Of a stretch of DNA of 24,257 nucleotides, positions 23,069 to 24,257 are shown piece after piece. Each line of letters starts with the position of its first letter. Position 1 is the first letter of the stretch. The stretch is from a virus (taxonomy: Duplodnaviria > Caudoviricetes), in the IMG/VR virus record IMGVR_UViG_3300021964_004483, positions 1 to 24,257 of that record; one strand, 5' to 3'. The position numbers and the translations under genes are program-made. Under the pieces are notes generated by a model. The model saw only the letters and a program-made list of their open reading frames with translations. It was not told the DNA's origin and did no database searches.

Positions 23069-24257
23069 TTATGCGTAAGTAATCCAAACATCACCAACTG
23101 CACCATCTCCTGATGTAGGAGCAGCAGAATGGATAAATGTATTTCTTAAAGCACCATCACTAGAACCAATTGTTGTAAAACCTGTAGTTGCTTTTCCTGT
23201 TAAGGTAGAAGTTCCACTTATTGTCACATTATCTGGTAATCCGATTGTTACAGTAGCATTTTCTGAACCAGAACCTGATACTTCAATCTCGTTAGTTGTA
23301 CCTGAGATACCACCAACAAAATTACCTGTTGTATCTGTACCCAATGCCACAGAGTTGGCTGCGATTGTAGCAGTCAGAGTAGCATTAGCAGAACCATCAA
23401 CACTTACATTACCTGTTAAATCACCACCTAATGTAATTGTTCTTGCTGTTGTCCACGCAGCAGCAGTTCCTGATGTATTCTGATCACCTGTTGTGTTAAC
23501 ACCAGGAAGATCTATATTTGCACTACCATTAAAAGATACACCACCGATAGTTCTAGCAGTTTCTAGAACAGTAGCACTTGCTGCATTACCAGATGTATCC
23601 TGATCACCTGTAGTGTTAACTCCAGGCAAGTTGATATTAGCAGTACCATCAAATGATACTCCACCAATAGTTCTTGCAGTTTCTAAAGCAGTTGCAGAGT
23701 CAGCATTACCTGTTACATCTCCTGTAACATTACCTGTTAATGCACCTTCAAAAGTTGCTGCGACCATAGTTTCTGAACCAACTGTCCATTTATCATTAGT
23801 CTCATCCCATAAGAATGTTTTTGCTGTTGAACTACCTCTAGTGATACTCAAACCAGCATCTTCTGTTGGTGTACCTGAAGTGAAATTACTATTTAATGCG
23901 ATTGTATTATCAGCAAGTGAAATTGTTTCAGAGTTAACTGTAGTTGTTGTACCAGAAACTGTAAGATTTCCAGTAACTGTTAAAGAGTCATTAACAGTAA
24001 CAATACCTGTTCCATTACCACTCAATACTAAGTTAGTGTCTGAACTTCTTGATGCAAGTGAATCTGACTCTAAACCACTACCAAATGCAACTGCATTACC
24101 AGCACTGTTGGTGATTAACTCACCATCAAGCATTTGAAGTGTACCTTTTGCTTGAATGATACCTGTACCTGATGGGTTGAACTCAATGTCACCACTACCA
24201 GCAGTTTTCATTTGAAGGTTTTGGTCACTGTCAGCAGAAACAACGATTGTTCCTGAA
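23069..24257 (-). CDS. Tail fibre protein, C-terminal part (open to the window edge)
   Basis: Frame stays open above the ATG at 24211 (SGTIVVSADSDQNLQM). G/T/S-rich, with fibre motifs LTVTGNLTVSGTTTTVNS...DN.I.LN, F.WDET.DKW, FEGALTGNVTG and TARTIGGVSFDG.ANI repeats. Confidence 0.88.
   Translation of the reverse strand, partial: SGTIVVSADSDQNLQMKTAGSGDIEFNPSGTGIIQAKGTLQMLDGELITNSAGNAVAFGSGLESDSLASRSSDTNLVLSGNGTGIVTVNDSLTVTGNLTVSGTTTTVNSETISLADNTIALNSNFTSGTPTEDAGLSITRGSSTAKTFLWDETNDKWTVGSETMVAATFEGALTGNVTGDVTGNADSATALETARTIGGVSFDGTANINLPGVNTTGDQDTSGNAASATVLETARTIGGVSFNGSANIDLPGVNTTGDQNTSGTAAAWTTARTITLGGDLTGNVSVDGSANATLTATIAANSVALGTDTTGNFVGGISGTTNEIEVSGSGSENATVTIGLPDNVTISGTSTLTGKATTGFTTIGSSDGALRNTFIHSAAPTSGDGAVGDVWITYA
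23375..23695 (-). repeat. Tail-fibre repeat, 40-aa (120-bp) period, two full copies plus a diverged third
   Basis: ATALETARTIGGVSFDGTANINLPGVNTTGDQDTSGN / ATVLETARTIGGVSFNGSANIDLPGVNTTGDQNTSGT / AAAWTTARTITLGG...DGSAN. Confidence 0.85.

Noticed and set aside
1-24257. tRNA, rRNA or alternative genetic code
   Set aside because: Intergenic gaps are short with no cloverleaf seen, and all core genes translate full length with the standard code.

Overview
This window is the core virion-morphogenesis and recombination region of a large, AT-rich T4-like myophage, probably marine or aquatic, with all real genes on the minus strand. Read in transcription direction (high to low coordinates) it holds: the 3' end of a tail-fibre gene; a 459-aa Pro/Gln/Tyr-rich repeat protein; a fibre-chaperone-like ORF; two 2OG-Fe(II) oxygenases flanking a DUF6065-like ORF; a small membrane protein; gp13-14-15-16, a small ORF, gp17-18-19-20, two small core ORFs, gp21-22-23 and gp3; a ParB/Srx-like + glycosyltransferase fusion; uvsY; a third 2OG-Fe(II) oxygenase; uvsW; a hypothetical; an IscU Fe-S scaffold; and the start of the gp55 late sigma factor. 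The standout is the 459-aa protein (21663..23042). Its two halves are mirror-complementary at the protein level, not the DNA level, around a central GPKG. Sixteen consecutive repeat units have exactly mirrored lengths, RP faces QQ, small residues face aromatics, and every Pro keeps one parity. This predicts a single antiparallel beta-hairpin of about 190 residues per arm. The gene is followed by candidate chaperone and hydroxylase genes whose promoter region is shared almost exactly with the distant glycosyltransferase gene. All family assignments come from motif recognition and synteny; no searches were run.
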